A DNA stretch of 64,000 bases from positions 1-64,000 of the forward strand of contig CAVUGN010000002.1 in NCBI GenBank assembly GCA_963741095.1, read 5' to 3'. The notes under the pieces are model-generated. The model had not been told where the DNA came from and ran no database searches. It was given only the letters and a program-made list of their open reading frames with translations. A program made the position numbers and the translations under genes. Every line of letters begins with the position of its first letter. Within the stretch, counting starts at the first letter, position 1. This DNA is from an uncultured Candidatus Micrarchaeota archaeon (lineage in GTDB: Archaea > Micrarchaeota > Micrarchaeia > Micrarchaeales > Micrarchaeaceae). This document shows, in pieces, positions 1-9,843 of this stretch.

Positions 1-280
1 TGGTCACCACTCCAGGCGATATCAGATTGAATGATAGCGCGTAGTATGATACCGCAATCGAGACCAACCCCAACATGACGAGCGCCAGACGCCCGTTACT
101 GGAGCTATCAAAGTATTTTTTGTATGAAAATGCAAAGATTGAAGCTGAAAGCAGCGCCAGAAAGAACACAAGCAGCATGGCAATCGCGGAGAAGTACTGC
201 TGCTCCGTGAACGAGAGATATGCTATGCCCAGGTCGAGTATGGCAAGCGTGAACGCGATCTGCGTTTTCTCCATGTTCAT
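1..280 (-). CDS. Membrane protein, partial (runs off the window start)
   Basis: Not in the ORF track. Minus-strand ATG at 280 opens MNMEKTQIAFTLAILDLGIAYLSFTEQQYFSAIAMLLVFFLALLSASIFAF..., which has hydrophobic segments and no stop before position 1. Confidence 0.6.
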   Translation of the reverse strand, partial: MNMEKTQIAFTLAILDLGIAYLSFTEQQYFSAIAMLLVFFLALLSASIFAFSYKKYFDSSSNGRLALVMLGLVSIAVSYYALSFNLISPGVVT

Positions 281-344
281 CTTTGGGGTGTTGTTAATTA
301 ATACCTAGGAATCTTCCCATGATTCTGTTTTCTTGAAAAGGTTC

Positions 345-920
345 TCAGCAGCAGATGGTTGTCGATGACGTTGTCACCGTGGTTGACACCGCCTGTGTCG
401 TGGATTTCACGATAAGGGTTCCTACGAGAGTGTGCGTGAAGCTCGTCGCGGGATTGGTGTAGTTGAGTATTATGTACCCGCTGTAGACGTTGCCTATCTT
501 CCTGTTCGCCACGGTTGCATTGTCGAAGCACTGTGTTATTATGGTGCTGTTGCCGCCGAGTATGATGTTGACCGGCGGCAGGACATGCTGCATGATGTTG
601 TTGCTCAGTATCGAATTGGTGTTGCAGCCTATCGCAGTTATGCTCACCAGCGGCTGAGCCGACTGCCTCAAGGTTATGAGAAGATTGCCGTTGTACGCGA
701 GCACCGCGCTGCAGCTGAACTGCCCAGGAAGGCTGCATATGGTTGGAGCATAGCTGGACCCGTTGAACACTCCGAGAGTAAAGAGGATGCTCATTGCGAT
801 TGCAATCAGGAGTATCGTCCATCCGTACGTCATCAGGTACTCCATCGCGCTTTGCGCTTTTGCGGGCCCTGCGCCGGACATTGGGATAGTGTCAATTAGA
901 CCGCTTTGTGATGCCCGCAT
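345..920 (-). CDS. Class III signal peptide (type IV pilin-like) protein
   Basis: KA|QSAMEYLMTYGWTILLIAI motif (Q+1, E+5, hydrophobic helix); Cys pairs; S/T-rich tail ending ICC. Confidence 0.85.
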   Translation of the reverse strand: MRASQSGLIDTIPMSGAGPAKAQSAMEYLMTYGWTILLIAIAMSILFTLGVFNGSSYAPTICSLPGQFSCSAVLAYNGNLLITLRQSAQPLVSITAIGCNTNSILSNNIMQHVLPPVNIILGGNSTIITQCFDNATVANRKIGNVYSGYIILNYTNPATSFTHTLVGTLIVKSTTQAVSTTVTTSSTTICC

Positions 921-924
921 CCGA

Positions 925-954
925 TCGGGTTCATATCGCTTGGAAGGTTTTTAA
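925..954 (-). promoter_or_regulatory. 30-bp promoter-region duplicate (copy 1), TATA-like TTAAAAA
   Basis: tcgggttcatatcgcttggaaggtttttaa is identical to 2461-2490; both lie at the 5' end of paralogous pilin genes. Confidence 0.7.
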
Positions 955-991
955 GCGCTACGGATTTTAAGCTACAATGTTGGAGGTAAGA

Positions 992-2470
992 CTACCCTAA
1001 TGAACCGAAGCTGGTACTGGGCATCACGCCATTAGGAGGATAGTAGCGGGTGCGAAGCCATTGGAAGGTTATGGAAGTTGAGGTGCTGAATGCATATATT
1101 CCAATTGAGGGGTAAAGTGTTCCTGGAAGGGTGTACACGCTTTGGGTGCCTGCGCTTGCAACATAATTCTTGTACCACACCTGTGACGAAGACGACAGCC
1201 ACGCACCGCCGTCCACTCCGGTTGACACCTGCAGGTTGGGATTCATGGGGTTTGCCATGCCGCCAGACATGGATCCATATGCAACGCTTCCGCCCCAATA
1301 ATTGAAGTCGTACCCGCTGCTGCTGCCGACGTTCCCGATCTGCAGCGCGATTCCAGCGGCAACTCCAGATACGGCAGTTATATCGGTATCGTATACGAAA
1401 GTTGGAGAGCCTGGGATTCCGTTGGTAAGAATCAGCCCGCCGTAAGTTGCAGATGGGTTGGTTGAGATGGTTATTCCATTGTTTTGCGCGATCGTTGTGC
1501 CAGACAGCGGTACCTGCGTGTATTGCGAGTTTATGTTTACCCCAGCGAAGTTGTCGTAGAAGTTGAAAACGTTTGCGCCGCTGTCATACTGCGCATAGGT
1601 GCCTGAGAGCTGCGGCGCCTCCCCTGTCGGACCGCGGCTGGACATGACGTTTGACGGCATGAAGGTCATGTATATTACCACGTTGCTGTTTCCGGGTATT
1701 GGATTTGGCAACTTCACCCAGTACAGGGTGTTTGTCGAACTGCTGAGCGCGTTGCTCTCGATCCACGACTGCAGGATTGTTCCGGTGCCGGCGGCTCCCG
1801 TTGAGAACTCGACGTTCTGCAGCCCGCCCATCTCGTAGCTTTGGTAGGCCAGGCTGTTGACGGGGATCATCTGCTGGAATGAACCGGGTGTAGGGGATGA
1901 CTGGCTGTTCTGGAGCGTGACTGGCACGTAGTGGCTCGTTATCGGAGATGTTGCCTTTAGTATCATCGTGCCGATGGCGGTGTGCGAGAAATGCGAGGAT
2001 GGAGTGGTGTAGTTGATCGAGAGGTATCCGTTGTATATGCTTCCAGTTTTTCTGGCCGCGACCGTGCCGTTGTCGTAGCATTGCGTGAGCAGCGTCACGT
2101 TGGCGCCGGTTGTCAGGCTGACTGGCGCACTGAGCGATCTCATGCTGCTGCCCATCATCGAATTGGTGCTGCAGCCTATGGCCGTTATGTTTATCGTGGG
2201 AGCAAGCGACTGGCCGATGTTGACGATGATGTTGCCGTTGTTCTCGAAGGTGGCGCTTATGCAGCTTAACTGCCCGGGCAGGCTGCAGAATGTGGCGACG
2301 TTGGTCGCAGGGGTGAACGCCCCGAGGAAGTAGAGCAATCCCAGTACAATAGCCGTGATGAGTATGGTCCAGCTGTAGGTCATGAGGTATTCGATGGCGC
2401 TCTGGGACTTCCCGGAGTTTGAGGCCGTGACCTTTGCGGCTTTTGACTTGTTCATCTGACTCGGGTTCAT
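992..2470 (-). CDS. Class III signal peptide pilin-like protein with C-terminal DUF2341-type domain
   Basis: KS|QSAIEYLMTYSW; N-terminal domain paralogous to 345-920; SWIES...YWVKLP...IYM...GEAPQLS..YAQYDSGANVFNFYDNF typical of DUF2341. True start may be the ATG at 2455. Confidence 0.8.
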   Translation of the reverse strand: MNPSQMNKSKAAKVTASNSGKSQSAIEYLMTYSWTILITAIVLGLLYFLGAFTPATNVATFCSLPGQLSCISATFENNGNIIVNIGQSLAPTINITAIGCSTNSMMGSSMRSLSAPVSLTTGANVTLLTQCYDNGTVAARKTGSIYNGYLSINYTTPSSHFSHTAIGTMILKATSPITSHYVPVTLQNSQSSPTPGSFQQMIPVNSLAYQSYEMGGLQNVEFSTGAAGTGTILQSWIESNALSSSTNTLYWVKLPNPIPGNSNVVIYMTFMPSNVMSSRGPTGEAPQLSGTYAQYDSGANVFNFYDNFAGVNINSQYTQVPLSGTTIAQNNGITISTNPSATYGGLILTNGIPGSPTFVYDTDITAVSGVAAGIALQIGNVGSSSGYDFNYWGGSVAYGSMSGGMANPMNPNLQVSTGVDGGAWLSSSSQVWYKNYVASAGTQSVYTLPGTLYPSIGIYAFSTSTSITFQWLRTRYYPPNGVMPSTSFGSLG

Positions 2471-2490
2471 ATCGCTTGGAAGGTTTTTAA
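2461..2490 (-). promoter_or_regulatory. 30-bp promoter-region duplicate (copy 2)
   Basis: Identical to 925-954. Confidence 0.7.
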
Positions 2491-2547
2491 ATTCTTGTTT
2501 CGATTATGCCGACGGCTGCGGTCGTTAAAAATTTTGCGCGGGCGGGA

Positions 2548-3117
2548 CTAGGCCTGGGTTACCTCGAGCTTCCTTACCTCGATCTTGTTCAGCGGCGCTA
2601 TGTGGTTGAGCCTCGAAGCGAGGTCGGACTGGAACTTGCCCTCCAGTATGGCCGCCACTATCGCGCTGGCGTTGTTCTCGAGGAAGTAGCCCTTCGCTAT
2701 CTCGGTGGCCTCCTTCCTTATGCCGACTATCTTCCTTGCGGTGGCCCTTTGGCGCGTCACTATGAGAAGCTTGACAACCATCTTCACGTCGTCCTTGGTC
2801 TGCACCTTCTGCACCAGCGTTGCGACGCTCCTGTACTTCCTGACCAATGAGCGTATGTAGCTGTAGAGCTGCTCCATCGAAACCAGCTTGGTGTTCGCGG
2901 TCGTGCCGTTTATTCCGATTATCTTGAACTTCACGTTCGTGTAGGCGTGCGAGGGATTGTGCGTGAGCGCATCCAGGCTCACGACGATGCTCCTGCCCAT
3001 CGCAGCCTCGTCGTCGTTCGCCGGCATCTCGCCTATCATCGCCGTGTTGAACTCGCTCGGAGCGTAGACCGAGAACCACTTTTTCATCTTCCAGGTTTCC
3101 TTCTTTTGAAGTGCCAT
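2548..3117 (-). CDS. rps3ae: 30S ribosomal protein S3Ae (eS1)
   Basis: WKMKKWFSVYAPSEF, SYIRSLVR, IAPLNKIEVRKLEV motifs; follows rps15. Confidence 0.93.
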   Translation of the reverse strand: MALQKKETWKMKKWFSVYAPSEFNTAMIGEMPANDDEAAMGRSIVVSLDALTHNPSHAYTNVKFKIIGINGTTANTKLVSMEQLYSYIRSLVRKYRSVATLVQKVQTKDDVKMVVKLLIVTRQRATARKIVGIRKEATEIAKGYFLENNASAIVAAILEGKFQSDLASRLNHIAPLNKIEVRKLEVTQA

Positions 3118-3121
3118 TCAA

Positions 3122-3586
3122 TCAACTCGTTCCCTTTATCAATAGTTCCGCGGTCTTGGGGTCGTACCTCCAGTTCCTCGGCAGCGCTCCTGTTCTTATG
3201 TAGTACTTTGTCAATCGCCATATCTTTGATTCCGTTCTCTGCAGCCTTGCCTTGTTGCTCATGTCCTGCTTGTTCTTCGCAAGGTGCTTGTTTATGCTCA
3301 CAGACTTCTTCATCAGATCGAGAAGATCGCTCGGTATTGCGGTCGCGACTCCCTTCTCCTTGAGCACCTTCAGCATCGACCTTCCCAGCAGATGCTTGGC
3401 GTACGGTACCTTGTGATCCTTCTTCAGCAGCTCGCCTATCGCGGCCGGGCTCTTGCCCTGCTTCGCATAGCCGACCATCAAAGTCTCGACCTGCTCCTTG
3501 CTTATTCCTTCGGGCAGCTTCGCCTCCGCTATCGGCGGCTTCCTCGACCTTGACTTGCCGTGCTTCTTCGAATGCATCCTAGCCAT
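3122..3586 (-). CDS. rps15: 30S ribosomal protein S15 (uS15/S13e)
   Basis: MARMHSKKHGKSRS...IPSDLLDL...ESKIWRLTKYY...LPRNWRYDP. Confidence 0.95.
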   Translation of the reverse strand: MARMHSKKHGKSRSRKPPIAEAKLPEGISKEQVETLMVGYAKQGKSPAAIGELLKKDHKVPYAKHLLGRSMLKVLKEKGVATAIPSDLLDLMKKSVSINKHLAKNKQDMSNKARLQRTESKIWRLTKYYIRTGALPRNWRYDPKTAELLIKGTS

Positions 3587-3872
3587 TAGTATCATCTAAA
3601 TTTCGTTGAACAACCATCTCGACAGAGTATCGCTGGCCTTTGCTTACCTTGACGCTTGAGGATTTGCAAATCTGCCCAATGTCCGACTTTGCCGCTTCTG
3701 TTGCGTATAGTATTCTTCTGGAACATTTATATTAATTGATGTTATTGGCTTGTTGAGGGCAGGCCCGCCCCCGGACTTCCGCTCCCTCGCTTCCGGTATT
3801 GCGTTGCTGGTAAATGTGCCTTCAGCCCGTGGTCTGCGTCGACTGGCCCGCTGCGCCGCTTCGTCTGCGCGC

Positions 3873-4157
3873 TCAGGCGGGAGCGACTATCTCGCCGATC
3901 GCGAACCTTGCCTTCACGTCGGTGATCCTCACCTTCATCTGGTCGCCCTCCTTGGCTCCCTTGATGAAGACGACGAACCCGTCTATCCTCGCTATCCCGT
4001 CGCCCTTCGATGCGACGTTCTCTATCTTGACGTCAACCTCGTCGCCGACCTTCACTGGCTTCAGCAGGAAGTAATTGGACTTCATCTCCATTCCCCCTTC
4101 CCTCCTTTCGCGTCTTGATGGTCCGTACGTTCCGCTTTGTCCTTCTTCGTTTTCCAT
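3873..4157 (-). CDS. Single TRAM domain RNA-binding protein
   Basis: KPVKVGDEVDVKIENVASKGDGIARIDGFVVFIKGAKEGD. Confidence 0.9.
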   Translation of the reverse strand: MENEEGQSGTYGPSRRERREGGMEMKSNYFLLKPVKVGDEVDVKIENVASKGDGIARIDGFVVFIKGAKEGDQMKVRITDVKARFAIGEIVAPA

Positions 4158-4289
4158 TTCATCCGTCCCATACGTAAAAATCAGGCTTTGACGCCCTTCT
4201 TACGTACTTATATTGATTTTAATTATTTGGTTATAAAAACCTTTCCTGCGGGCATTCTCTGACGTCAATTCTTGATCGGGCTAATCTGC

Positions 4290-4661
4290 TCAGTTGGGGG
4301 TTTCGTGCTTCTCCGCGTTGGTGAGGTCTATGCCTAGCTTCGCGATTTTGTAGCCGACGCTGGCGAAAACCCCCAGCAGCAGCACCGAAAGGACGTACCC
4401 GAAATAGGTGTTGAGCGGGAAGGCTTTGATCATGCTGTCGGCTATGCTCTGGCCCAGCTGGTTCAGTGCGGCCCTGTCGAGCGTGCCGTTGGTTGCGGCT
4501 ATGGATACGCTTGTGTTCGTGTTTGCCGGCAGGACCAGGGTGCCTCCGACGAAGCCCCGGTAAAGCACGTACGCCTCGTAGAAGGTGAAGAGCAGCAGAA
4601 TTATGCCCGTGAAGATGAAGATGACACCGAGAGTTTCCTTGTGATTCATGCCGGCACCCAA
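4290..4661 (-). CDS. Hypothetical two-TM membrane protein
   Basis: Two hydrophobic helices; operonic spacing. Confidence 0.7.
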   Translation of the reverse strand: MGAGMNHKETLGVIFIFTGIILLLFTFYEAYVLYRGFVGGTLVLPANTNTSVSIAATNGTLDRAALNQLGQSIADSMIKAFPLNTYFGYVLSVLLLGVFASVGYKIAKLGIDLTNAEKHETPN

Positions 4662-4679
4662 AAATAGATGGGATGCCCG

Positions 4680-5483
4680 TTATATAATCGTTTCGGGGCT
4701 CTTCTGAGTGCCGCCGGGCAGCGTGATCGGGTACATCGCAGCAGGAGCGTCTGAATTGAGGAGGTTGCCGTTCAGCCTGAGCCAGCGCCTGCGCTCCCGG
4801 TAGTCGGGCATCGCCCCCAGCAGCGTCGCGTAGAAGGCCTTTGAATGGTTCCTGTGCTTCGTGTGGGCGAGCTCGTGGGCTATGACCGCGTCGAGTATGG
4901 GCACTGGCGCGAAGAGGAGCCTAAAGTCGAGGTTGATGTTGTTGTCCCTCGAGCAGCTGCCCCAGTTGCTCAGGTTGTCCTTCAATCTCACTCGCCCCAG
5001 TTCCGAATTGAAGTGCGCGGCGTTTATGCCCCTCACCCGCTCTTCGACCTCCGGCAGGACAGCGGCCGTTATGATTCTTCTCGCCAGGCTGGAAACGTGA
5101 TCGCGCGCCTTCTCCTCTTCGGCAAAAGGCGGCATGAATATCCTTATGGACTGGCCCTGCAGTTTTGCCGTGGAGCGCCTGCGCGCCTTCTCCTCCGCTG
5201 CAACGATATGGAACTGGCTGCCCAGCACCGCCACCGTCTGATCGTTCTTGAAGACGATGTCGGCCTTGCGGAAGGGCACTCCGTGGTTGCGGGCTATCCT
5301 TTTTACCATCCTTTCCTTTAGGTCGGCGAAGATCCGCTCCGCGCGCCTGCCGCGGACGAAGATGGGCAGCGTTATTATTATGTCGTTGCCGCGGAGCCTT
5401 GCGACCGCCCTGCGCGACAGCGTCGTGCCTTTTATTACCTGGTAGGCATGGCCCTCTATCTCTACGGTATCGTCTGCTCCCAT
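4680..5483 (-). CDS. YgjP/DUF45 (M48-like) zinc metallohydrolase
   Basis: NWGSCS...INLDFRL...VIAHELAHTKHRNHSKAFY. Confidence 0.9.
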   Translation of the reverse strand: MGADDTVEIEGHAYQVIKGTTLSRRAVARLRGNDIIITLPIFVRGRRAERIFADLKERMVKRIARNHGVPFRKADIVFKNDQTVAVLGSQFHIVAAEEKARRRSTAKLQGQSIRIFMPPFAEEEKARDHVSSLARRIITAAVLPEVEERVRGINAAHFNSELGRVRLKDNLSNWGSCSRDNNINLDFRLLFAPVPILDAVIAHELAHTKHRNHSKAFYATLLGAMPDYRERRRWLRLNGNLLNSDAPAAMYPITLPGGTQKSPETII

Positions 5484-5514
5484 GAGGATGGCCTTGTGGA
5501 TTAAACGTGATCGG

Positions 5515-6168
5515 CTAGAGCGCGGCCTTCAGGCTCTCTATGCCGTCGAACAGGTAGTCCGGCTTGATGCTTTTCAGTTTGTGGTGGCTGTCGAAGCCGT
5601 CCGCCACGGCGCAGGAAGTCACCTTGGCGAGCTTCGCCGTGATTATGTCATCGACCATGTCGCCGATGTAGATGGCGGAGCCGGGCTTCGCCTTGAAGAA
5701 GTGGAGTATCGCCTTGATGCCCGTCGGGTTCGGCTTCATCGCCTTTATGTCGTTCGCGCTCACGATGACGTCGAAATAGTCGGCTATCTTCAGGTAGGAG
5801 AGCTCGCTGAGCAAACGGTAGCTGCGCGCGTTCGACAGGACAGCGATGTGCTTGCCTTCGCGCCGAAGGGTCCTCAGCAGCTCCAAAGAGTCGTTGTGGA
5901 GCCTGGGCTTGCTCAACACCAGCAGCGTCTCGGCAAGTACTGATAACAGCCGGTTACGGTAAGTTTCTCCGGTCTGGATCTTGTGCTTCAGGTTGTACTC
6001 CATGTGCTTGAAGTCCTTTACCGAGCTGTCCTTGTTCCATATGCCCAACGCCCTTTTCACTGTCTCGTTGAGTTTTGTTATTATGCGCAGGTTGTTCAGC
6101 GTTCCGTCCCAGTCGAATATGAAAACGTCGAACTTGTCCAATAGGTGCTGGGTTTGGTCGTTGCGCAT
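5515..6168 (-). CDS. HAD superfamily hydrolase
   Basis: FDWDGTL, LSN, KPNP and YIGDMVDDI motifs I-IV. Confidence 0.9.
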   Translation of the reverse strand: MRNDQTQHLLDKFDVFIFDWDGTLNNLRIITKLNETVKRALGIWNKDSSVKDFKHMEYNLKHKIQTGETYRNRLLSVLAETLLVLSKPRLHNDSLELLRTLRREGKHIAVLSNARSYRLLSELSYLKIADYFDVIVSANDIKAMKPNPTGIKAILHFFKAKPGSAIYIGDMVDDIITAKLAKVTSCAVADGFDSHHKLKSIKPDYLFDGIESLKAAL

Positions 6169-6171
6169 GCT

Positions 6172-9054
6172 CTACCCCCAGATTATGTCTATCGCTGGCT
6201 TGTCCGGCAGCGACCTTGATGCCCTCGCGGATTTTGAGGCGCTCTCCGGCTCTATCGTGACTTCCGCGTCGAACTTCTTGCTCAGGTAATCCCTCGAGTC
6301 CATGAAGCCCCTCAGCGAGTTCGCGCTCGTCAGTTTCCCTATGGGCATCAGGGTCTGCATCTTCTTCGCGAACTGCGAGAGGAATTTCGACAGCACCTCG
6401 CGGTTTATCGGGCCGAACTGCTGGTCTGACATCACCGAAGAGATGCTCTTGCTGGTCGCGAGCTCGTCGTACGCTCCCGCCTTCCAGTCGTCCGCGATTA
6501 TGATCCTTATCTCCTTGACCTTCTTGCCCCTGTTCTGGTCTATCTTCGACGTCAGTTCTATGCCCTGGCTCAGGTCGATTATCGTACCGTTTATCACGGA
6601 CTCTATCAGCTCCTCCTCCTTGTTTATCATGTCCTCGTTCAGCGCGGGCCATTTCTCAGAGGCGACAAGGGTGTTCCTGCCTAACCGGTGCCAGAACTCC
6701 TCGGCTATGTGCGGCATCACCGGCGCTATCATGAGCGTTATCGCCTCGAGGAACTCGCGGAGCACTATCGCGTTGTTGCCGCCCCTGTCGAGGTAGGTCT
6801 TGATCTCCGAAATCGAATCGTAGAATATGCTTGTGTAAGCGGCTTTTATGCAGAGCTTGTCCATGTCAGCGGTGGCCTGCTTTATCTTGGAGTTCAGCCT
6901 TGAATAGAGCCAGTAGTCTATGTGCCTCAGCTCGTTGCTCGACATTCCCCGCAGTGCGGTTATGGTGTTGTAGAGCATCTCGTTCCTGGACGTGACGCTG
7001 CCTATGCCGGCCACGCTGAACTCCGCTTCCGTATCCAGTTCGGTGCCGGCTATTTCTATGTAGCGCATCGGGTCTGCGCCGTACTTTTCGATGCCGTCCA
7101 CGAGCGGTATGATGTTGCCGAGGCTCTTGCTCATCTTCTGGCCCTCGTAGTTCACGAAGCCGTTTATGACGAACTGCTTCGGCCAGTACTCCTTCTCGAA
7201 GAATGCGACGTGGTTGAAGAAGTACATCGGGTAGTGGTTCGGCACCAGGTCCGGGCCGGAGTTGTTGGACGTGTTCCTGTACCAGTATTTGAATGAGTCC
7301 CTGCACTTCTGGACGAGCATGCTGTCCATCCCCGTTGCGATGGAGACGGATTCCGCACTGCCCTTCCCGAGCAGGACGTAATCGAAGAACGCCGGCTTCA
7401 GCGCTTCTGGCTGCACCTGCGCCGAACGCAGCAGTTGGACGAAGGTGAAGAAGCACATGTACATGGTCGAATCCGACAGGGATTCTATTATGTGCTTCGG
7501 GTTGAACGGGAATTTCGTGCCCAATCCCTGCTCCCGCTCGGTTGCCCTGAGGTCTATCCAGTCTATTATCTTGCTGAAGGTCAGCCGGTACTTCTCGGGA
7601 TATATGGTCAGGTACTTGAAAGCTTCCTTCACCCGGTCCTTCCACGCCTTGTCCCCGTAATTTATGAACCACTGGTTCTCAACGACCTTTACCACGGCCC
7701 GGTAGCCGCACCGGCAGAAGACTGGCTCCTCGTTGCCGAGTACGTATATTTTCATCGCCGAACCGCTCTTTATCAGGTCCTGCTTTATCCGTTCTCTTGC
7801 CTCGGGCTCGAGCATGCCCTTGTAGCTGCCGACTATCATCCTGCCCCAGTGCGATTCCTCGCGGTATATCTGCTTCGTCGCCCTTTCTATCTCGGCGTCG
7901 TGGGCGGTTATGCTTATGTTGAGCAGTTTCAGGTAGGCCAGTGCCGGGATCTCTTTCTCCAGCGAGTCGCGGCTCTGCTTCTGCACTTCGGTCATGCTGC
8001 GGCCTATGCCAACGCCGTTGGCCTGGTCTATCTCTATGAGCTTCCTGTACTCCATCTTCGGCATCGTGTAGCCCTCGGCCTTCAGCCGCTCAAGCGCGAC
8101 GTAATCGAACGGTGCGTGCGAGGGCACGCTCATGACCACCCCCGTTCCGACCTCGCCCTGCACGAAATAGCCTGGAAGCACGGGCACGGATTCACCGTTT
8201 ATCGGGTTTATCGCCTTCTTCTTGAGAAGCTCCATGGGGTCTATGTTGCTGAGGATTTGCATGTCGAACTGGTACTTCAGGATTTCTGCCGCGTCTTTCG
8301 AGATGTAATGGTTTCTGCTGTTGAACCTTGCAACCACGTACTCTATCTTCGTGTTGATGAATATGTTGGTGACCCCGTACAGCGTCTCAGGCCTGTATGT
8401 GGCACAGGAGAAGAACGCATCCCCGTCTTCTTCCTCGAAATCGACCGCGGTGACCTCCTCTATCTCCGGCTGCGCATCATGCTTTGTGTCGTGCTGGCCC
8501 ACTACGCCCTTGTCGTTCGGGCACCAGCCCACCGGATGGCTGCCCTGCGTCAGGAAGCCCTTCTCCTTGAGGCGCAGGAACTGCCACTCGACCATCTTGC
8601 TGTAGATCGGCTCAGTTGAGACGAAGGTACGCCGCCAGTCTATGCCGTATCCGGCGAGGTTCATGCCGCTCTTCATCTCGGGTATGAAGTAATTGACTAT
8701 CGCAACAGGGTCGGTCATCTTCCTTATCTCCTCTTCCGGCACGTGGAACATTTTCAGCTCGTTTATCAGTTCCACGTCGTTGTTCGCTATCCTCTTCGCG
8801 AAGGCGAGCACCGGAGTGCCGGTGGCGTGGAATGCCATGGGGAAGAGGACGTTGATGCCGCGCATCCGCTTGTACCTGGCGTAGGCGTCGGCGGTCCCGA
8901 AGGTTCTCAGGTGGCCGATGTGCTGCGGCGAATTGACGTACGGCTCGGCGCCCACTATGAGAAAGCTCTCTTTGTCGTTGGGTTCCACCTCGAATATTCT
9001 GGCGTCTGCCCAGGCCTTCTGCCAGCGCGGCTCCAGCTCCTTGTAATCTATCAT
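6172..9054 (-). CDS. leuS: Leucine--tRNA ligase, archaeal type
   Basis: PYVNSPQHIGH (HIGH), ATYRPETLYG, GTGVVMSVPSHAPFDY (editing domain), IESLSDST, KMSKS. Confidence 0.96.
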   Translation of the reverse strand: MIDYKELEPRWQKAWADARIFEVEPNDKESFLIVGAEPYVNSPQHIGHLRTFGTADAYARYKRMRGINVLFPMAFHATGTPVLAFAKRIANNDVELINELKMFHVPEEEIRKMTDPVAIVNYFIPEMKSGMNLAGYGIDWRRTFVSTEPIYSKMVEWQFLRLKEKGFLTQGSHPVGWCPNDKGVVGQHDTKHDAQPEIEEVTAVDFEEEDGDAFFSCATYRPETLYGVTNIFINTKIEYVVARFNSRNHYISKDAAEILKYQFDMQILSNIDPMELLKKKAINPINGESVPVLPGYFVQGEVGTGVVMSVPSHAPFDYVALERLKAEGYTMPKMEYRKLIEIDQANGVGIGRSMTEVQKQSRDSLEKEIPALAYLKLLNISITAHDAEIERATKQIYREESHWGRMIVGSYKGMLEPEARERIKQDLIKSGSAMKIYVLGNEEPVFCRCGYRAVVKVVENQWFINYGDKAWKDRVKEAFKYLTIYPEKYRLTFSKIIDWIDLRATEREQGLGTKFPFNPKHIIESLSDSTMYMCFFTFVQLLRSAQVQPEALKPAFFDYVLLGKGSAESVSIATGMDSMLVQKCRDSFKYWYRNTSNNSGPDLVPNHYPMYFFNHVAFFEKEYWPKQFVINGFVNYEGQKMSKSLGNIIPLVDGIEKYGADPMRYIEIAGTELDTEAEFSVAGIGSVTSRNEMLYNTITALRGMSSNELRHIDYWLYSRLNSKIKQATADMDKLCIKAAYTSIFYDSISEIKTYLDRGGNNAIVLREFLEAITLMIAPVMPHIAEEFWHRLGRNTLVASEKWPALNEDMINKEEELIESVINGTIIDLSQGIELTSKIDQNRGKKVKEIRIIIADDWKAGAYDELATSKSISSVMSDQQFGPINREVLSKFLSQFAKKMQTLMPIGKLTSANSLRGFMDSRDYLSKKFDAEVTIEPESASKSARASRSLPDKPAIDIIWG

Positions 9055-9170
9055 TAATTCATCTTCGAATAGGGGGATAAATGCTGGAATGAATGGGATT
9101 CATACGCATTTAAGGTATTCTAGTTGAGTTCTTTTATATTTATCGTGCCAAGCTACTTTCGGTGTTTGGA

Positions 9171-9788
9171 ATGGGCAATTCAGAAGGCAAGTATCCGATA
9201 AGGCCGCTGCTGATTGGTTATGACAAGGTCAAGACCGTCATGGACGAGGAGACGTACAAGTGGCACCATGACACGCACTATGCGGGCTACGTGAACAAGA
9301 GGAACGAGGTCGAAACTGAGCTCTCGAAGGCGGACAGGAGCAAGGCCAACGCGAACTACAGTGTTTTCAGGGCGCTGAAGCTGGAAGAGACGTGGAACGG
9401 CAACGGCATGCTGCTGCACGAGATGTACTGGGACACGATGGGCGGCGACGGTAAGTACGATGCTGGCATGGGGATAATTAAGAAGATCGTGGAGGACTTC
9501 GGTTCGTTCCAGGCATGGAAGGACGACATGGCAGCCACGGCAAAGTCAGGAAGGGGCTGGGCGGTGCTGTGTGTCGACGTCTGCTCCGATGGCAAGCTGA
9601 GGAATTTCCTCTTCGACTCGCACAACCAGGGCGGCATCGTGGGATCGGTGCCGATCCTTGTGATTGATGTGTTCGAGCACGCCTACTACCACAAGTTCGG
9701 CCCCGACAGGGGGGCATACCTGAACGCCTTCTTCGACAACATAGACTGGAAGAAGGTCGAGGGCAGGTTCGGGAAGCAAAAAGCATGA
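9171..9788 (+). CDS. sod: Fe/Mn superoxide dismutase
   Basis: HHDTHYAGYV, LHEMYW and DVFEHAYY ligand motifs. Confidence 0.93.
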   Translation: MGNSEGKYPIRPLLIGYDKVKTVMDEETYKWHHDTHYAGYVNKRNEVETELSKADRSKANANYSVFRALKLEETWNGNGMLLHEMYWDTMGGDGKYDAGMGIIKKIVEDFGSFQAWKDDMAATAKSGRGWAVLCVDVCSDGKLRNFLFDSHNQGGIVGSVPILVIDVFEHAYYHKFGPDRGAYLNAFFDNIDWKKVEGRFGKQKA

Positions 9789-9843
9789 ACGGCGTCCCAG
9801 AGCCTACCGCAGTATTATATATTTTATCTTCGCTTCTTAGCTT

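Noticed and set aside
3750-3870. GC-rich gap downstream of the TRAM gene as RNase P or SRP RNA
   Set aside because: Only a loose GGAAGTCC resemblance; too short, and no matching P4 partner or SRP helix-8 motif was seen.
7435-8619. Long antisense ORF (394 aa) and many similar shadow ORFs
   Set aside because: They lie opposite well-supported genes; GC-rich third positions suppress antisense stops, and no motifs are recognisable.
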